From: Chloroflexota bacterium
GTDB taxonomy: Bacteria; Chloroflexota; Dehalococcoidia; Bin125
DNA: 64,000 nt
NCBI GenBank assembly: GCA_026707145.1
Contig: JAPOXK010000011.1
Span: forward strand, 35,908-99,907
Reading direction: 5' to 3'
In this document: in pieces, positions 9,691-19,607 of the stretch
Layout of the letters: each line of letters starts with the position of its first letter
How positions within the stretch are numbered: position 1 is the stretch's first letter
Notes under the pieces: model-generated
Told to the model about the DNA's origin: nothing
The model's database searches: none
The model's input: only the letters and a program-made list of their open reading frames with translations
Program-made: the position numbers and the translations under genes

Positions 9691-10926
9691 ATGCACTATG
9701 CGGACTACCGCACGCTCTGGCTCTCTTCCGCGGTTGCCGCCGCGTCGCTGTGGGCCATGCTCATGGCTCGTGGCTGGCTCGTTTTCGAGATCTCCGGCAG
9801 CGGACTGGCCGTCGGCGCCGTCACCTTCGCCGCCATGGCGCCCTGGGCCCTGGCGCCCATCGGCGGCGCCTTCGCCGACCGCTTCGACCGGGGGCGGCTG
9901 GTGCTCTGGGGACGCGTCGCCTTGATGGGCCTCGCCTTTGCCTTGGCGGCGCTCGCCTTCACGGACGTGATCGCGATCTGGCATCTCGTCGTCATCGCCG
10001 CCGCCTCTGGCGTCGTGCGCATCTTCGAGATCCCCGCCGAGCAGGCCCTGATCCCGAACGTGGTCGATCGGGATTCGCTGCTCAACGCGATCACGCTCGC
10101 CAGCCTCGCCCGGCACGGTTCCCGCTTCATCGGGCCGCTCGTGGGCGCGCCGCTGATCGCGGGGGTCGGGCCCGGCTGGCTCTTCGTGCTCGGCGCCGTG
10201 TTTTACGGCATCTCCGCGCTCGTGTTCATCCGCTTCCGCCTGCGCTCCTCGGGCGGGCTCGCCGGCACCGAGGGCGGGTTTCGCGCGGCCGGGCGCGGCA
10301 TCCGCGAAGCCGTGCGCTACGTCGGCCAGCACCGCCCGCTGATGCTGGTTTTCGCGCTCACCATGTTCCACTGCATGCTCGTGATGTCGTTCGACTCCTT
10401 GCTTCCCATCTTCGCGACCGACGCCCTGGGGCGCGGATCCGGCGCCTTCGGTGCGTTACTCGCCGGCGTCGGCGCCGGCGCGCTCGTGGGCACGTTGATC
10501 CTTTCTTTCGTTCACAATGGCGCGGTGCGCGGTGCGACTTTCTTGGGTACCGGCGTGCTCTCGGGCGCGGCGATGCTCTGGCTGGCAGTGGCCTCGGGTC
10601 CGGTGACGGCCGTCGCGGCGGCCGTCGTGGTCGGTGCCGCCCAGGCGGCCTTCATGGCCCTGTCCGCAACCTTCATCCAGGAAGTGGTCTCCGATGCCCT
10701 GCGCGGGCGAGTGATGAGTCTCTACGTCCTGCTCGCCGCCGGCACCATGGCGACCATGATCTTCGGCAACGGCGCGCTCGCCGACGTGATCAATGTGCGC
10801 ATCTTGCTGGTCGCTTCTCCCGCGACGTTCATCGCTTTGGTGCTGGCCTGGTCACTGTCCCAGGCCGACTTGCGAGCGGTCTACCGCACCGGCCGCCTCC
10901 CCGCGGTGGGGAGCGCCCCGGCCTAG
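9691..10926 (+). CDS. MFS transporter
   Basis: About 12 predicted TM helices, 411 aa. MFS-type N-terminus with an FADRFDRGRL loop motif. Confidence 0.8.
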   Translation: MHYADYRTLWLSSAVAAASLWAMLMARGWLVFEISGSGLAVGAVTFAAMAPWALAPIGGAFADRFDRGRLVLWGRVALMGLAFALAALAFTDVIAIWHLVVIAAASGVVRIFEIPAEQALIPNVVDRDSLLNAITLASLARHGSRFIGPLVGAPLIAGVGPGWLFVLGAVFYGISALVFIRFRLRSSGGLAGTEGGFRAAGRGIREAVRYVGQHRPLMLVFALTMFHCMLVMSFDSLLPIFATDALGRGSGAFGALLAGVGAGALVGTLILSFVHNGAVRGATFLGTGVLSGAAMLWLAVASGPVTAVAAAVVVGAAQAAFMALSATFIQEVVSDALRGRVMSLYVLLAAGTMATMIFGNGALADVINVRILLVASPATFIALVLAWSLSQADLRAVYRTGRLPAVGSAPA

Positions 10927-12008
10927 GAGCTCCGCGGCGGCGTCACGGACTCCGCTGCCGCTTCAGCGTCGACACTGACGCCGGAGCGCGCGTGGCGTCT
11001 GATCGGCACGTGCAGGATCCAGAGGAAGCCGAGCCCGACGATCGTGATCGGGACCAGGACGAGTCCGTGCAAAGCGGCCGCGTATGCGATCGCAACCTCC
11101 TCGGCGCCTTCTCCCGATGCGAAGATGAGCACCACCGATTTCACCGCCCACTCGAAGGGCCCGATGCCGCCGCTCGTCGACGGCGCCGTGATAATGACGT
11201 TCGCCGCCGCCGCGGTGAGCAGGTAGACGGGGAAAGCCAGGTCCAGCCCGAAGCCCTCGCCCACCAGCCAGTAGGTCAGCGCTTCGAAGCCCCAGGCGAC
11301 GGCGCTGGTCCAGAGGGTCGCGGTCACCAGCCGCTTTCGCCGCAGCGCTCCCAGTCCCGAAATAAAGGTGTCCACCCAGCGGTGATCGAGCGATCGCAGA
11401 CCCGGCAGCCGCCGGAGCAAGCGGCGGATGGTCCGGCCCGTCGTGCGCGGGTAGCGCGCGATCCGGTAGCTCAGGAGAAACGCCACGCCGACACCGAAGA
11501 CCAGGAAGACCATCGTCGCGGTGAGCACGTCCCCCGCGTACGCCATCCCGAACACGCCCACGAGGCTTGCCGCCACGCCGACGCACAGGAAGAACGTCAG
11601 CAGCAACCCGTCGAACAGCCGCTCCATGGCGACGCTTCCCAGTCCCGCCAACGGGCTCACGCCGAAGCGCTGACCGAAGACGTGGGCGCGGATGACTTCG
11701 CCCGTCCGGGCCGGCAGGATGTTGTTCGTCGCGTATCCGATCGCCACGATCGGGAACAGCTGCCGGGCCGGGATCGGCCGCACGGGCGTGAACAGGTAGT
11801 GCCAGCGCGCCGCTCGGAACCACACCCCCGCGAAGTAGGCGGCGATCCCCAGCAAGATCAGGACGACGTTGGCCTCGCGGAAGGCGTCGGCGACCGCGCC
11901 GAAGTCGGTCCCGCGCAGGAACAGCACGACGAAAACGGCGCTCACTGCGAACCCGAGCAGCACGCGCGTACCGGGTCCCAGTAGCCGATCGCGAAGTCGC
12001 CCCGCCAT
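10923..12008 (-). CDS. flippase-like (UPF0104 / lysyl-PG synthase TM-region-like) membrane protein
   Basis: Polytopic membrane protein with motif GYATNNILPARTGEVIRAHV, typical of the flippase-like family. Confidence 0.55.
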   Translation of the reverse strand: MAGRLRDRLLGPGTRVLLGFAVSAVFVVLFLRGTDFGAVADAFREANVVLILLGIAAYFAGVWFRAARWHYLFTPVRPIPARQLFPIVAIGYATNNILPARTGEVIRAHVFGQRFGVSPLAGLGSVAMERLFDGLLLTFFLCVGVAASLVGVFGMAYAGDVLTATMVFLVFGVGVAFLLSYRIARYPRTTGRTIRRLLRRLPGLRSLDHRWVDTFISGLGALRRKRLVTATLWTSAVAWGFEALTYWLVGEGFGLDLAFPVYLLTAAAANVIITAPSTSGGIGPFEWAVKSVVLIFASGEGAEEVAIAYAAALHGLVLVPITIVGLGFLWILHVPIRRHARSGVSVDAEAAAESVTPPRSS

Positions 12009-12018
12009 ACGTCACCGC

Positions 12019-13059
12019 CTAGGTTGGCTCCGGATGCCGTGCTTTTCGCTGATGGGCCCGACTCCACGGTGGCCAGCAGGCCGTCCGCTTGCATTCGATT
12101 CCTTCGAGCCGCTGCTTCAGCCAACGCCCTAGGCGGACGCCCGGACCTTGCCCCAGCGCCGTCTCGAAGATGAAGTACGCCGCCAGGGCCGAGATCCCGC
12201 CTGCCAGGATGTCCGCGAAGTAGTGCTCGCCCAGGTACATCAGCGAGAACGCCAGCACGATGCAGTACAGCACCGTGAGTGCGAAGAGCCGCCGCGATCG
12301 CACGATCAGGGCCACGATCAAGACGACGAACGAGGCCGCGAAGTGCAGGGAGGGCATGGCCGCGCGTGGATTCGGCTCCGCGAACAGCCGGAACATATCA
12401 TCCCAGAACTGCTGTCCGAACAGCGCCGGTCCCACATCCTCCATGATCCGCCGGACCCCACTCGTGGCTCCCTCCTCGACGGCCAGCCAAGGGGGTACCG
12501 TGGGCACCAGATAGTACAGCGCCGCGCCGAAGAAGAAGGTGCCCGCGACGATGACCGCGACTCGGAAGAACAGATCCCGCGCTAAGAAGAACGTCGCGAA
12601 TACGACCGCGTGCGGGAAGATGAACCAGGTCCAATGCACGAAGGTCGAGAAGAACCCTAGTGCGTTCGGATTGCCGTCGGCTCCGCCCGCCGCGTCCTGG
12701 AGCCAGGCGGAGGGCGTGGTTCCGCCGAACATCCACAGCTCCCAGTCCAGGACGTAGGCTGTGCTGGCATTGATCGACGTCTCGTCAGCCGCGTCGCGCA
12801 GCTGCGTGAAGAAATAGATCGCGACAACGTAAAATGCCCAGGTACGGAACTCGTAGCGCCGTGGCGCCACCCAGAGAAGAGCTCCCAGCGCGACCGGCAG
12901 CGTGAACGCGAGCCCGATGGCGCTGTAGCCAGTGGTGATGCGGATGGCGGGTGCCGCCAGCCCGATGATCAGCACAGCCCACGCGATCAACCGCGCCCAG
13001 TCGCGCGCACTTCTGGGTCTATGAAAAAAAGCCCCAAGCTCGCCTGGCGGCTGCTTCAC
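12019..13059 (-). CDS. PAP2 superfamily membrane protein (PAP2_3, Aur1/Ipt1-like)
   Basis: PSLHFAASF and GEHYFADILAGG match the PAP2 motifs (PSGH-like and HxxxD). The GTG start at 13057-13059 sits 6 nt after a GAGGA Shine-Dalgarno. Confidence 0.6.
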   Translation of the reverse strand: MKQPPGELGAFFHRPRSARDWARLIAWAVLIIGLAAPAIRITTGYSAIGLAFTLPVALGALLWVAPRRYEFRTWAFYVVAIYFFTQLRDAADETSINASTAYVLDWELWMFGGTTPSAWLQDAAGGADGNPNALGFFSTFVHWTWFIFPHAVVFATFFLARDLFFRVAVIVAGTFFFGAALYYLVPTVPPWLAVEEGATSGVRRIMEDVGPALFGQQFWDDMFRLFAEPNPRAAMPSLHFAASFVVLIVALIVRSRRLFALTVLYCIVLAFSLMYLGEHYFADILAGGISALAAYFIFETALGQGPGVRLGRWLKQRLEGIECKRTACWPPWSRAHQRKARHPEPT

Positions 13060-13204
13060 GATCGTCCTCGCCGGATCGCGTCCCGGATCCGCTCCGAAGG
13101 GCCCCAGTTTATCGCCGGTCCCGCGGCGGGGAGCGGGATCTTTGTCCGCACGGCTGTACCCCGTATTGCAGACCGCTACGCTACCGCAAGCGCTTGAGGT
13201 CGGC

Positions 13205-15658
13205 ATGACGTTGAGAGGTATCGTGCGGGTGACGCTGGCCGTTGCGCTCGTCGCGACGCTGGCTTTCGCCGTGCCGACGCCGGGATCGGCCGCCCCCCTC
13301 CCCGTGGCTGCAGGCCGTTTCGTCGCCGACGAACTTCTTGTCCGCTTCCACGATGAGTTCTCGGATGACGACCGCGCCGCTATCTTTCGTGCCCTCGGCG
13401 TCACCGTTCTTGACATCTACCCGTCGAGCGGCGTCGTGCGCTTGCGGGTTGCCCGGGGTTTGCTTGAGGAGGCGCAAAGGCAGCTCCTCGCTGCGGATTT
13501 CGTTGAGTTCGCGGAGCCCAACTACCACCTGCATGTGGCGCAAGTGGTCCCGGCAGACCCGCGCTACGCGGAGCAGCAGGCCGCGATCTACCGGCAGTTG
13601 GACGGGCCCGGAGCCTGGCATGTGAGTACGGGCAGCCGCGATGTCGTCGTGGCCCTTGTCGATGGCGCGGTGGACCTCGACCATCCCGATCTCGCGGCCA
13701 ACATCTGGACCAACCCCGGTGAAGTCCCAGGCAACGGCGAAGACGACGATGGCAACGGCTTCATCGACGATGTCCACGGCTACGATTTCGTTGGCGATTG
13801 GGCGGGCGACGAAGAGAGCAAGAGCAACGAGGACCCCGACCCCGATGCGAAGCCGGGAGACCCCGCGCTCGGCGACGGGCAGGACCAGGACCACGACGGC
13901 GTGCCGGACGATGCGTACGCACACGGCACACAGGTGGCCGGCGTCCTCGCGGCCGTCGGCGATAACGGCATTGGGATCGCGGGCGCGGCCTGGAAGGTAG
14001 CGATCATGCCGCTCCGGATCATGAACCCGGAGGGCACGGGACGCTCCGCTGGCCTCGTCGCCGCGCTGGACTACGCAACCCGCAATGGCGCGGACGTGGT
14101 TAACGTGAGTCTCACCGCGAGTGAATTCCCAGCTGCCGCCCGTGCTGCGATTGATGCCGCCACCGATGCGGGTCTGATCGTCGTCGCCGCTGCGGGGAAC
14201 AATGGCGGTGCGGTCGCCTTCCCCGCTGCACTGCCGAACGTGATCGCCGTCGGCTCCGCCGAAGGCCAACCCAGCCCGGATGCCGTCCCCGTCGAGGAGG
14301 AGGCAGACACGACGCTCACCACGGCCGCGGCCTTCGGGCCGACGCTGTTCACGCCCGTCGGCCCGGAGATCGAGTTCGTCGCTCCCGGCGTCGAAGTGCC
14401 CACCACATCGGTTTCGAGCACGGGCGAGCCGGAGTACGGGTTCGCCACCGGCACCTCGTTCTCCGCGCCCTTCATCACCGGCACGATCGTGCTCATCCTC
14501 GCGGTGGCTCCCGTCACCACGCTGCCGGACGTCCGGACTCTCTTGCAGGCGGGCTCCGCGGACCTCCCGGATGGCGACCGGCCCAACTGGGACGGTGGCG
14601 ATCGAGGCGGCGGGCTGATCAACATGGGCTTGACGTTGCAGACCTTTGCGGCGCAGGTCCCGGCCGCGCCGCTCCTCGTGCGCGCCGAAGTCGTCGGTGA
14701 CGATGTCGAGATCGAGGGCCAAGCGGAAGCGGAGAGCGCCGTGACCATCTTCGTCGACGCCGCTGCTGCCACCGGTGTAACCGACGGCGCCTCCGTACAG
14801 ATCGCAGTCAGCGGCAGCGGGGTACCGCTGACGGTCGCCGACGCGGACGAACCGTCTCAAGAGACGAACGGCGATGAGACGGACGGCAGCGAGACGGAAG
14901 ACGGCGAGACGGATAGCGGCTCGTCGGCTGAGGACCCACCGGACGATCCAGCCGATCCGCCGACCGACGAGCCGGACGCGGCGCTGCCCGCCGGTGCCAT
15001 CGCTCGCGCCCGGCCCGACGAGAGCGGCCACTTCAGCATGACCATCTCGCTCGCTGCCTTCGACGAGACGGCGGCCGTCGTCGCGATTACCGCCGCCGCT
15101 TCCCGTCGCGGCGCCGTCTCGCCGCCTTCAGCGCCCGTCGTCCTCGCGCTGCCGCTCGATGTCGATCTGGTCGAAGGCTGGAACCTCGTCGGTTGGGCCG
15201 GCGCGCCCAGTTCCAGCACGGACATCTTCGCCAGCCTCCCGGCGCGCGTGCTGCGCCTCTACACATGGGACGGCAGCGCCTGGGCGAGCGCCGTTCCCGG
15301 CAACCCTCTCTTCCAGATCGGCGAGATCCGCACCGGGCAAGGACTGTGGATTCTGGTCGGGCCCGGTCCTCCGATGCGGTGGCGACAGACGCGCGCGCCG
15401 TTCGATCCCGCACGGATCGGCCCCGGCTGGCAGTTCATCGCTTGGGTCGGTGCCGGCAGCGACATCGCTCCGGCCGCCGCCAGCGCTAGTACGCATATCG
15501 AGGCGATTCTGGCTTGGGACGCGGTGAAGCAGTCGTTCCGTGTGTTCTATCCACGCCTCCCCACCCTCGGCACGTTGGACCGGCTCGACCACTTCCAGGG
15601 CGTCTGGGTATTCCTTGAGGAGGGCCGGAGCGGGGTCTGGCCGGCAGCGTCCTCCTAA
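13205..15658 (+). CDS. secreted S8 (subtilisin-like) peptidase with acidic Ca-binding-like insert and two C-terminal GWNLV-type modules
   Basis: Signal peptide. Catalytic triad contexts VALVDGAVDLDHPD (Asp), HGTQVAG (His), GTSFSAPFITG (Ser). A long Asp/Gly-rich insert lies between the Asp and His. The C-terminal ~165 aa are two copies of the shared module (LVEGWNLVGWAG...GQGLWILV). Confidence 0.85.
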   Translation: MTLRGIVRVTLAVALVATLAFAVPTPGSAAPLPVAAGRFVADELLVRFHDEFSDDDRAAIFRALGVTVLDIYPSSGVVRLRVARGLLEEAQRQLLAADFVEFAEPNYHLHVAQVVPADPRYAEQQAAIYRQLDGPGAWHVSTGSRDVVVALVDGAVDLDHPDLAANIWTNPGEVPGNGEDDDGNGFIDDVHGYDFVGDWAGDEESKSNEDPDPDAKPGDPALGDGQDQDHDGVPDDAYAHGTQVAGVLAAVGDNGIGIAGAAWKVAIMPLRIMNPEGTGRSAGLVAALDYATRNGADVVNVSLTASEFPAAARAAIDAATDAGLIVVAAAGNNGGAVAFPAALPNVIAVGSAEGQPSPDAVPVEEEADTTLTTAAAFGPTLFTPVGPEIEFVAPGVEVPTTSVSSTGEPEYGFATGTSFSAPFITGTIVLILAVAPVTTLPDVRTLLQAGSADLPDGDRPNWDGGDRGGGLINMGLTLQTFAAQVPAAPLLVRAEVVGDDVEIEGQAEAESAVTIFVDAAAATGVTDGASVQIAVSGSGVPLTVADADEPSQETNGDETDGSETEDGETDSGSSAEDPPDDPADPPTDEPDAALPAGAIARARPDESGHFSMTISLAAFDETAAVVAITAAASRRGAVSPPSAPVVLALPLDVDLVEGWNLVGWAGAPSSSTDIFASLPARVLRLYTWDGSAWASAVPGNPLFQIGEIRTGQGLWILVGPGPPMRWRQTRAPFDPARIGPGWQFIAWVGAGSDIAPAAASASTHIEAILAWDAVKQSFRVFYPRLPTLGTLDRLDHFQGVWVFLEEGRSGVWPAASS

Positions 15659-16404
15659 GGTGACGGCGGCTCCTCTGCCTCCCTCAATGGTGCCGCCTGG
15701 GCCGCGCGTACCTCGGCGAGCGCCTCGCTGACGGCGCGGCCCACGGCCGCGATATCGACGCTCTCTCCCAAGCGTGGCTGGTCGGCGATGTTGACGGACT
15801 GCACCAAGAACAGCAGGCTGCAGCCGTCCGCGAACATGACGAGGTCCGTCGCCACGTTCCGGATGCGCCGTCCTGCTTCCTCGACGCCGTAACGCAACGT
15901 GTAGCGCGCGGCGCGGTCGCCGAGATCCGGGGGTGAGAGCTCCGCACTCTCGAAGAGCTGCTCGTCGGGGCTGATGAACTCAAAGATCGTCCCGATCGGT
16001 TGCGTGATGATGTAGTCCAGCGCGTCCTGCGCGACGGCGGAGGAGTTCAGGACGAGCGTGATCACGAACAGCAATTCGCCCGTTTCCGGGTTGGCGAATC
16101 CCTGTCCGTCGGAGTGGGCGGGCTCGTGCGCCAGCGATCCCAGTTCCGATAGCACCGGATCGCTGCTGTCCAGCAGCAGCCCGGGGATGTCGTGGTAGAA
16201 ACTGATCTCCTCGAAGCTGGGTGACAGATCCGCTGCCTCAATGCGCGCGTTCACGTCCGGACCGCAGACCGGCTCCGGCGGCTTGGGCGCGGGGGGCACG
16301 GCGTCCGGCCTCTCGCTCCCGCAGGCGCTTGCTGCCACCAGCGCCGCCAGCCCGACGCCCGCCGCCAGCAGCGTTGCCCAAGCCGTCGCCGGCCGTCGGC
16401 TCAC
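15655..16404 (-). CDS. lipoprotein, hypothetical
   Basis: Signal peptide with lipobox VAASAC. Overlaps the histidine-kinase stop by 4 nt, so it is in the same operon. Confidence 0.55.
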   Translation of the reverse strand: MSRRPATAWATLLAAGVGLAALVAASACGSERPDAVPPAPKPPEPVCGPDVNARIEAADLSPSFEEISFYHDIPGLLLDSSDPVLSELGSLAHEPAHSDGQGFANPETGELLFVITLVLNSSAVAQDALDYIITQPIGTIFEFISPDEQLFESAELSPPDLGDRAARYTLRYGVEEAGRRIRNVATDLVMFADGCSLLFLVQSVNIADQPRLGESVDIAAVGRAVSEALAEVRAAQAAPLREAEEPPSP

Positions 16405-17912
16405 GTGAGCGTCCGGCGGCGAGGCCCGCCCCGGTGCAGGGCCGTCCGGAGAAATACGCGGAACGTTGTTCCCTCGCCCGGCGTGCTCGCGATCTGAATC
16501 TCGCCGCGCTGCGCGCGGACCAGCTCCCGGGCGATCGCAAGCCCCAATCCCGTACCCCCTTGGCGTCCCCCTTTGTAGAAGCGGTCGAACAAGTGCGGGA
16601 CCTCCTCCGCGCGAATCCCCGGCCCGCTGTCCGTCACGCTCACGCTCACCGTCGCTTCGCTCTCCTGGCGCGTGCTCAGCACGACGCGACCGCCCGGCGG
16701 CGTGTAGCGCAGCGCGTTGTCGACGAGGTTGGCGAGCACCTGTTCCAGGCGGTCGGCGTCGCCGATCACTTGAGATACCGCCTCCGCCTCCACGACCAAC
16801 TCGGTGTTCAGATCCTCGGCGCGAAGCGCGAAGAGGTCGTGGACGTGCCGGAGGAGCTCATCGACATTGAGCGGCTCCAACTCCAGCTCCAACTGCCCGG
16901 CCTCCATGCGTGAGAGATCCAGCAACCCCTCCACGAGGCGCAGCAATCGCCGCGACTCTTCCTCAATGATCCGGTAGGCGTTCGACTGCGAGTCGTCGTC
17001 CTCGATCGTCCCGTCCAGCAGCGCCTGCGAGAAGCCGTTGATCGATGTCAGCGGCGTCTGCAAGTCGTGCGAGACGTTGGCCAGGAAATCGCGCAGCGCC
17101 GCCTGTTGGTTCTGCACCTCTTCCAGCATCTGGTTGAACGACTCCGCCAACTCGCGCGCTTCCTTGCTGCCGGTCACGCCGACCTTGTGGTCGTAGCGTC
17201 CGCGCGCCACGCTGCGCGCCGCCGCCGTGGTCGCCTCCAGCGGCCGGTAGATGCTGCGCGAAAGCAGGAGCGCCAAGATGATCGCCGCCAGCAGCGCGAA
17301 CCCCCCCGCGATGATCAGCCGCGGCGTCAGGTCGCCCAGCACCGCTTGGCGGTTTTCGTTGGGCAGCGCAAACACGACATGGGAGGCGTTGAAGCGCTCG
17401 GCCGCCGTCGGCTCCAGGCCCGTGGCGGCGTAGTTGAGCCGCGTGCCGTCGCGCGCGATCAACGTCCCGTCGATAAAGCCCGCCGACCCGACGCCCGCCG
17501 CTTCCAGTTCGATCTCCAGCACCTCGCCCCGGAAGCGCGGGTCGCGGCTGGCCTCGCTGACCACCCGGCCGCTGGCCTCCACGAACAGGATCAGCACGTC
17601 GGATTCGCCGCCGACCGTCCCTTGGAGCTGCCGGCTCACCTCGAACGCTTGGAAGTTCGCATCGGCCAGCGTCGTCACCGACTCGTACACGGGTCCGCCG
17701 ATCTGTCGCAGCGTCGAGGCCGCGAGCCGGTCCTGGTAACCGCCCAAGAGGAAGAACAGCACGATGCCCGCGATGACCAGCGTCACCGCGATCACGAGAG
17801 CCAGGGTCAGATAGACCCGCGCCCGGATCCCTCTGAGCAGCAGCGGCAAGGCCTGCGGCGGCCGCCGCAGGCGGGACGCGGGGAGCGGCAGCCCGACGCT
17901 ACCCGTTGCCAT
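16401..17912 (-). CDS. sensor histidine kinase (HAMP + HisKA + HATPase_c)
   Basis: H-box SHDLQTPLTSI, N-box LVDNALRYT, G-boxes DSGPGI and GTGLGLAI. N-terminal TM segment. Confidence 0.85.
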   Translation of the reverse strand: MATGSVGLPLPASRLRRPPQALPLLLRGIRARVYLTLALVIAVTLVIAGIVLFFLLGGYQDRLAASTLRQIGGPVYESVTTLADANFQAFEVSRQLQGTVGGESDVLILFVEASGRVVSEASRDPRFRGEVLEIELEAAGVGSAGFIDGTLIARDGTRLNYAATGLEPTAAERFNASHVVFALPNENRQAVLGDLTPRLIIAGGFALLAAIILALLLSRSIYRPLEATTAAARSVARGRYDHKVGVTGSKEARELAESFNQMLEEVQNQQAALRDFLANVSHDLQTPLTSINGFSQALLDGTIEDDDSQSNAYRIIEEESRRLLRLVEGLLDLSRMEAGQLELELEPLNVDELLRHVHDLFALRAEDLNTELVVEAEAVSQVIGDADRLEQVLANLVDNALRYTPPGGRVVLSTRQESEATVSVSVTDSGPGIRAEEVPHLFDRFYKGGRQGGTGLGLAIARELVRAQRGEIQIASTPGEGTTFRVFLRTALHRGGPRRRTLT

Positions 17913-18582
17913 GGGGCGTGGCCGTCAATTTGTACCCCACGCCGCGCAGCGTTTCGATCTGCACGCCGCGATCTTGCAACCGCTGGCGCAAGTGGTTGAT
18001 GTGTACGTCCACCGTCCGCGTCTCCCCGGCGAACGTGTAGCCCCAGACCAGGCTCAGCAGCTGCTCGCGCGAGAGAGCCGTGCCCGCGTTCTGCGCCAGC
18101 GTGAATAGCAGGTCGAACTCCTTGGTGCGCAGCTTCAACGGCTCGCCGTCGAGCGTGGCTTCGCGGCGCTGCCGGTTCAGGTGCAACTTTCCCACGCGTA
18201 CTTCGATCCCCGAGCGGCGCAGGCCGTCCGCGCGGCGCAGGATCGCCTTCACCCGCGCGACCAGCTCCTTGGGGTTGAAGGGTTTCGTCAGGTAGTCGTC
18301 GGCACCCAGCTCCAATCCCGTGACCTTGATTGCGTCCTCCTTGCGCACCGTCAGCATCAAGATCGGCACATCGGAGCGCTCGCGAATGATTCGCGTCACC
18401 TCGAAGCCGTCCAGTCGCGGCATCATGAGGTCCAGCACGATCAGATCCGGGTGACTGCTCTGCGCCTTCTCCACCGCGTCCTGGCCGTCGACCGCGCTCT
18501 CGATCTCGTACCCCTCCTTCGAGAGGTACATGCGCACCAACTCACGGATGTGCGGCTCGTCGTCGGCGATCAGGATGCGCAT
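17899..18582 (-). CDS. OmpR-family response regulator
   Basis: MRILIADDEPHIRE...DLIVLDLMMP receiver domain followed by a winged-helix C-terminal domain. Overlaps the kinase start. Confidence 0.9.
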   Translation of the reverse strand: MRILIADDEPHIRELVRMYLSKEGYEIESAVDGQDAVEKAQSSHPDLIVLDLMMPRLDGFEVTRIIRERSDVPILMLTVRKEDAIKVTGLELGADDYLTKPFNPKELVARVKAILRRADGLRRSGIEVRVGKLHLNRQRREATLDGEPLKLRTKEFDLLFTLAQNAGTALSREQLLSLVWGYTFAGETRTVDVHINHLRQRLQDRGVQIETLRGVGYKLTATPHGNG

Positions 18583-18625
18583 GACCTACGTCCTCGGCTG
18601 CGCTAGCCGGCTGACAGTATACTTG

Positions 18626-19531
18626 TCACTCTCCGCGGAGATAGGCGACGACCGCCGCTTCGAACTCCCGTTGCTCCTCGGCCGTCAGATCCCGGTGCGG
18701 CGGCCGCACGCATGGGACGGGGAGCCGGGCGGTGATCCCGACCAGCTGCTTCAGCGCCGCGAGCGACGGGTAGGGTGCGAGCAGCGCCCGCAGTCGCTCC
18801 AGCTCCCGCTGCACGCGTCCGGCATCGCGGCCGCTCCGGTGCGCCGCCTGGATTCCAAGCACGAGGTGCGGCACCGCGTTGCCCAGCCCCGTCACCGCGC
18901 CCCCGCAGCCTGCCGCATACAGCCGATCGTGATGCGCGTCGGCTCCCGCCAGCACCGTGAACGTGGGAAAGCGCTCCGCGATCGCCAGATAGCGGCTCGT
19001 GCGCTCCACGACCCCGCTCGAATCCTTGATCCCGAGCACCCGCTCGCCGTGGCGATCGATCAGCGCCAACACGACATCGTCCGGGATGTCGACCTGCGCC
19101 TTGTGGGGAATGTTGTAGAGCAGGACGCGGCCCGGCGCCGGGAGCGCCTCCAGCACGGCGTCGAAGTAGCTCAGCAGCCCGGCCGCGTCCACCTGCGCCT
19201 CGAAGAACGGCGGCAGGATCGCCACGGCGTCCGCCCCCGCCTCGAGGGCGTCGTTGGCGGCTCGGATCGTGTCGGGCAGGGCGGCGGTTCCGGCGCCCGC
19301 CACGACGCCCAGCCCGCCCTTGTGCGCGACCACCGTCTCGACGACCTGCCGCCGCTCCGCCACGCCGACCGACGGACCCTCGCCGTTCGTTCCCAGCGTG
19401 AACACCGAGCTGATGCCCGCCTGTTCGAGGAATCGCAGGTGCGGAGGGATCCAGTCATGGTCGACCGCCGCGCCGCCGCGCGTGAAGGGCGTCACCGCCG
19501 CCACCATCACTCCGGTGAGATCCAGTGCCAT
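18626..19531 (-). CDS. DapA-family (dihydrodipicolinate synthase / N-acetylneuraminate lyase) aldolase
   Basis: GVMVAAVTPF...TNGEG class I aldolase (DapA family) pattern, 301 aa. Confidence 0.75.
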   Translation of the reverse strand: MALDLTGVMVAAVTPFTRGGAAVDHDWIPPHLRFLEQAGISSVFTLGTNGEGPSVGVAERRQVVETVVAHKGGLGVVAGAGTAALPDTIRAANDALEAGADAVAILPPFFEAQVDAAGLLSYFDAVLEALPAPGRVLLYNIPHKAQVDIPDDVVLALIDRHGERVLGIKDSSGVVERTSRYLAIAERFPTFTVLAGADAHHDRLYAAGCGGAVTGLGNAVPHLVLGIQAAHRSGRDAGRVQRELERLRALLAPYPSLAALKQLVGITARLPVPCVRPPHRDLTAEEQREFEAAVVAYLRGE

Positions 19532-19607
19532 GGGCTGATCCTAACCAGACGCGCCCCGCCGTGATCGTGCAGCGCATTATCTGCATTACCGATGGCGCGG
19601 TTTTATA

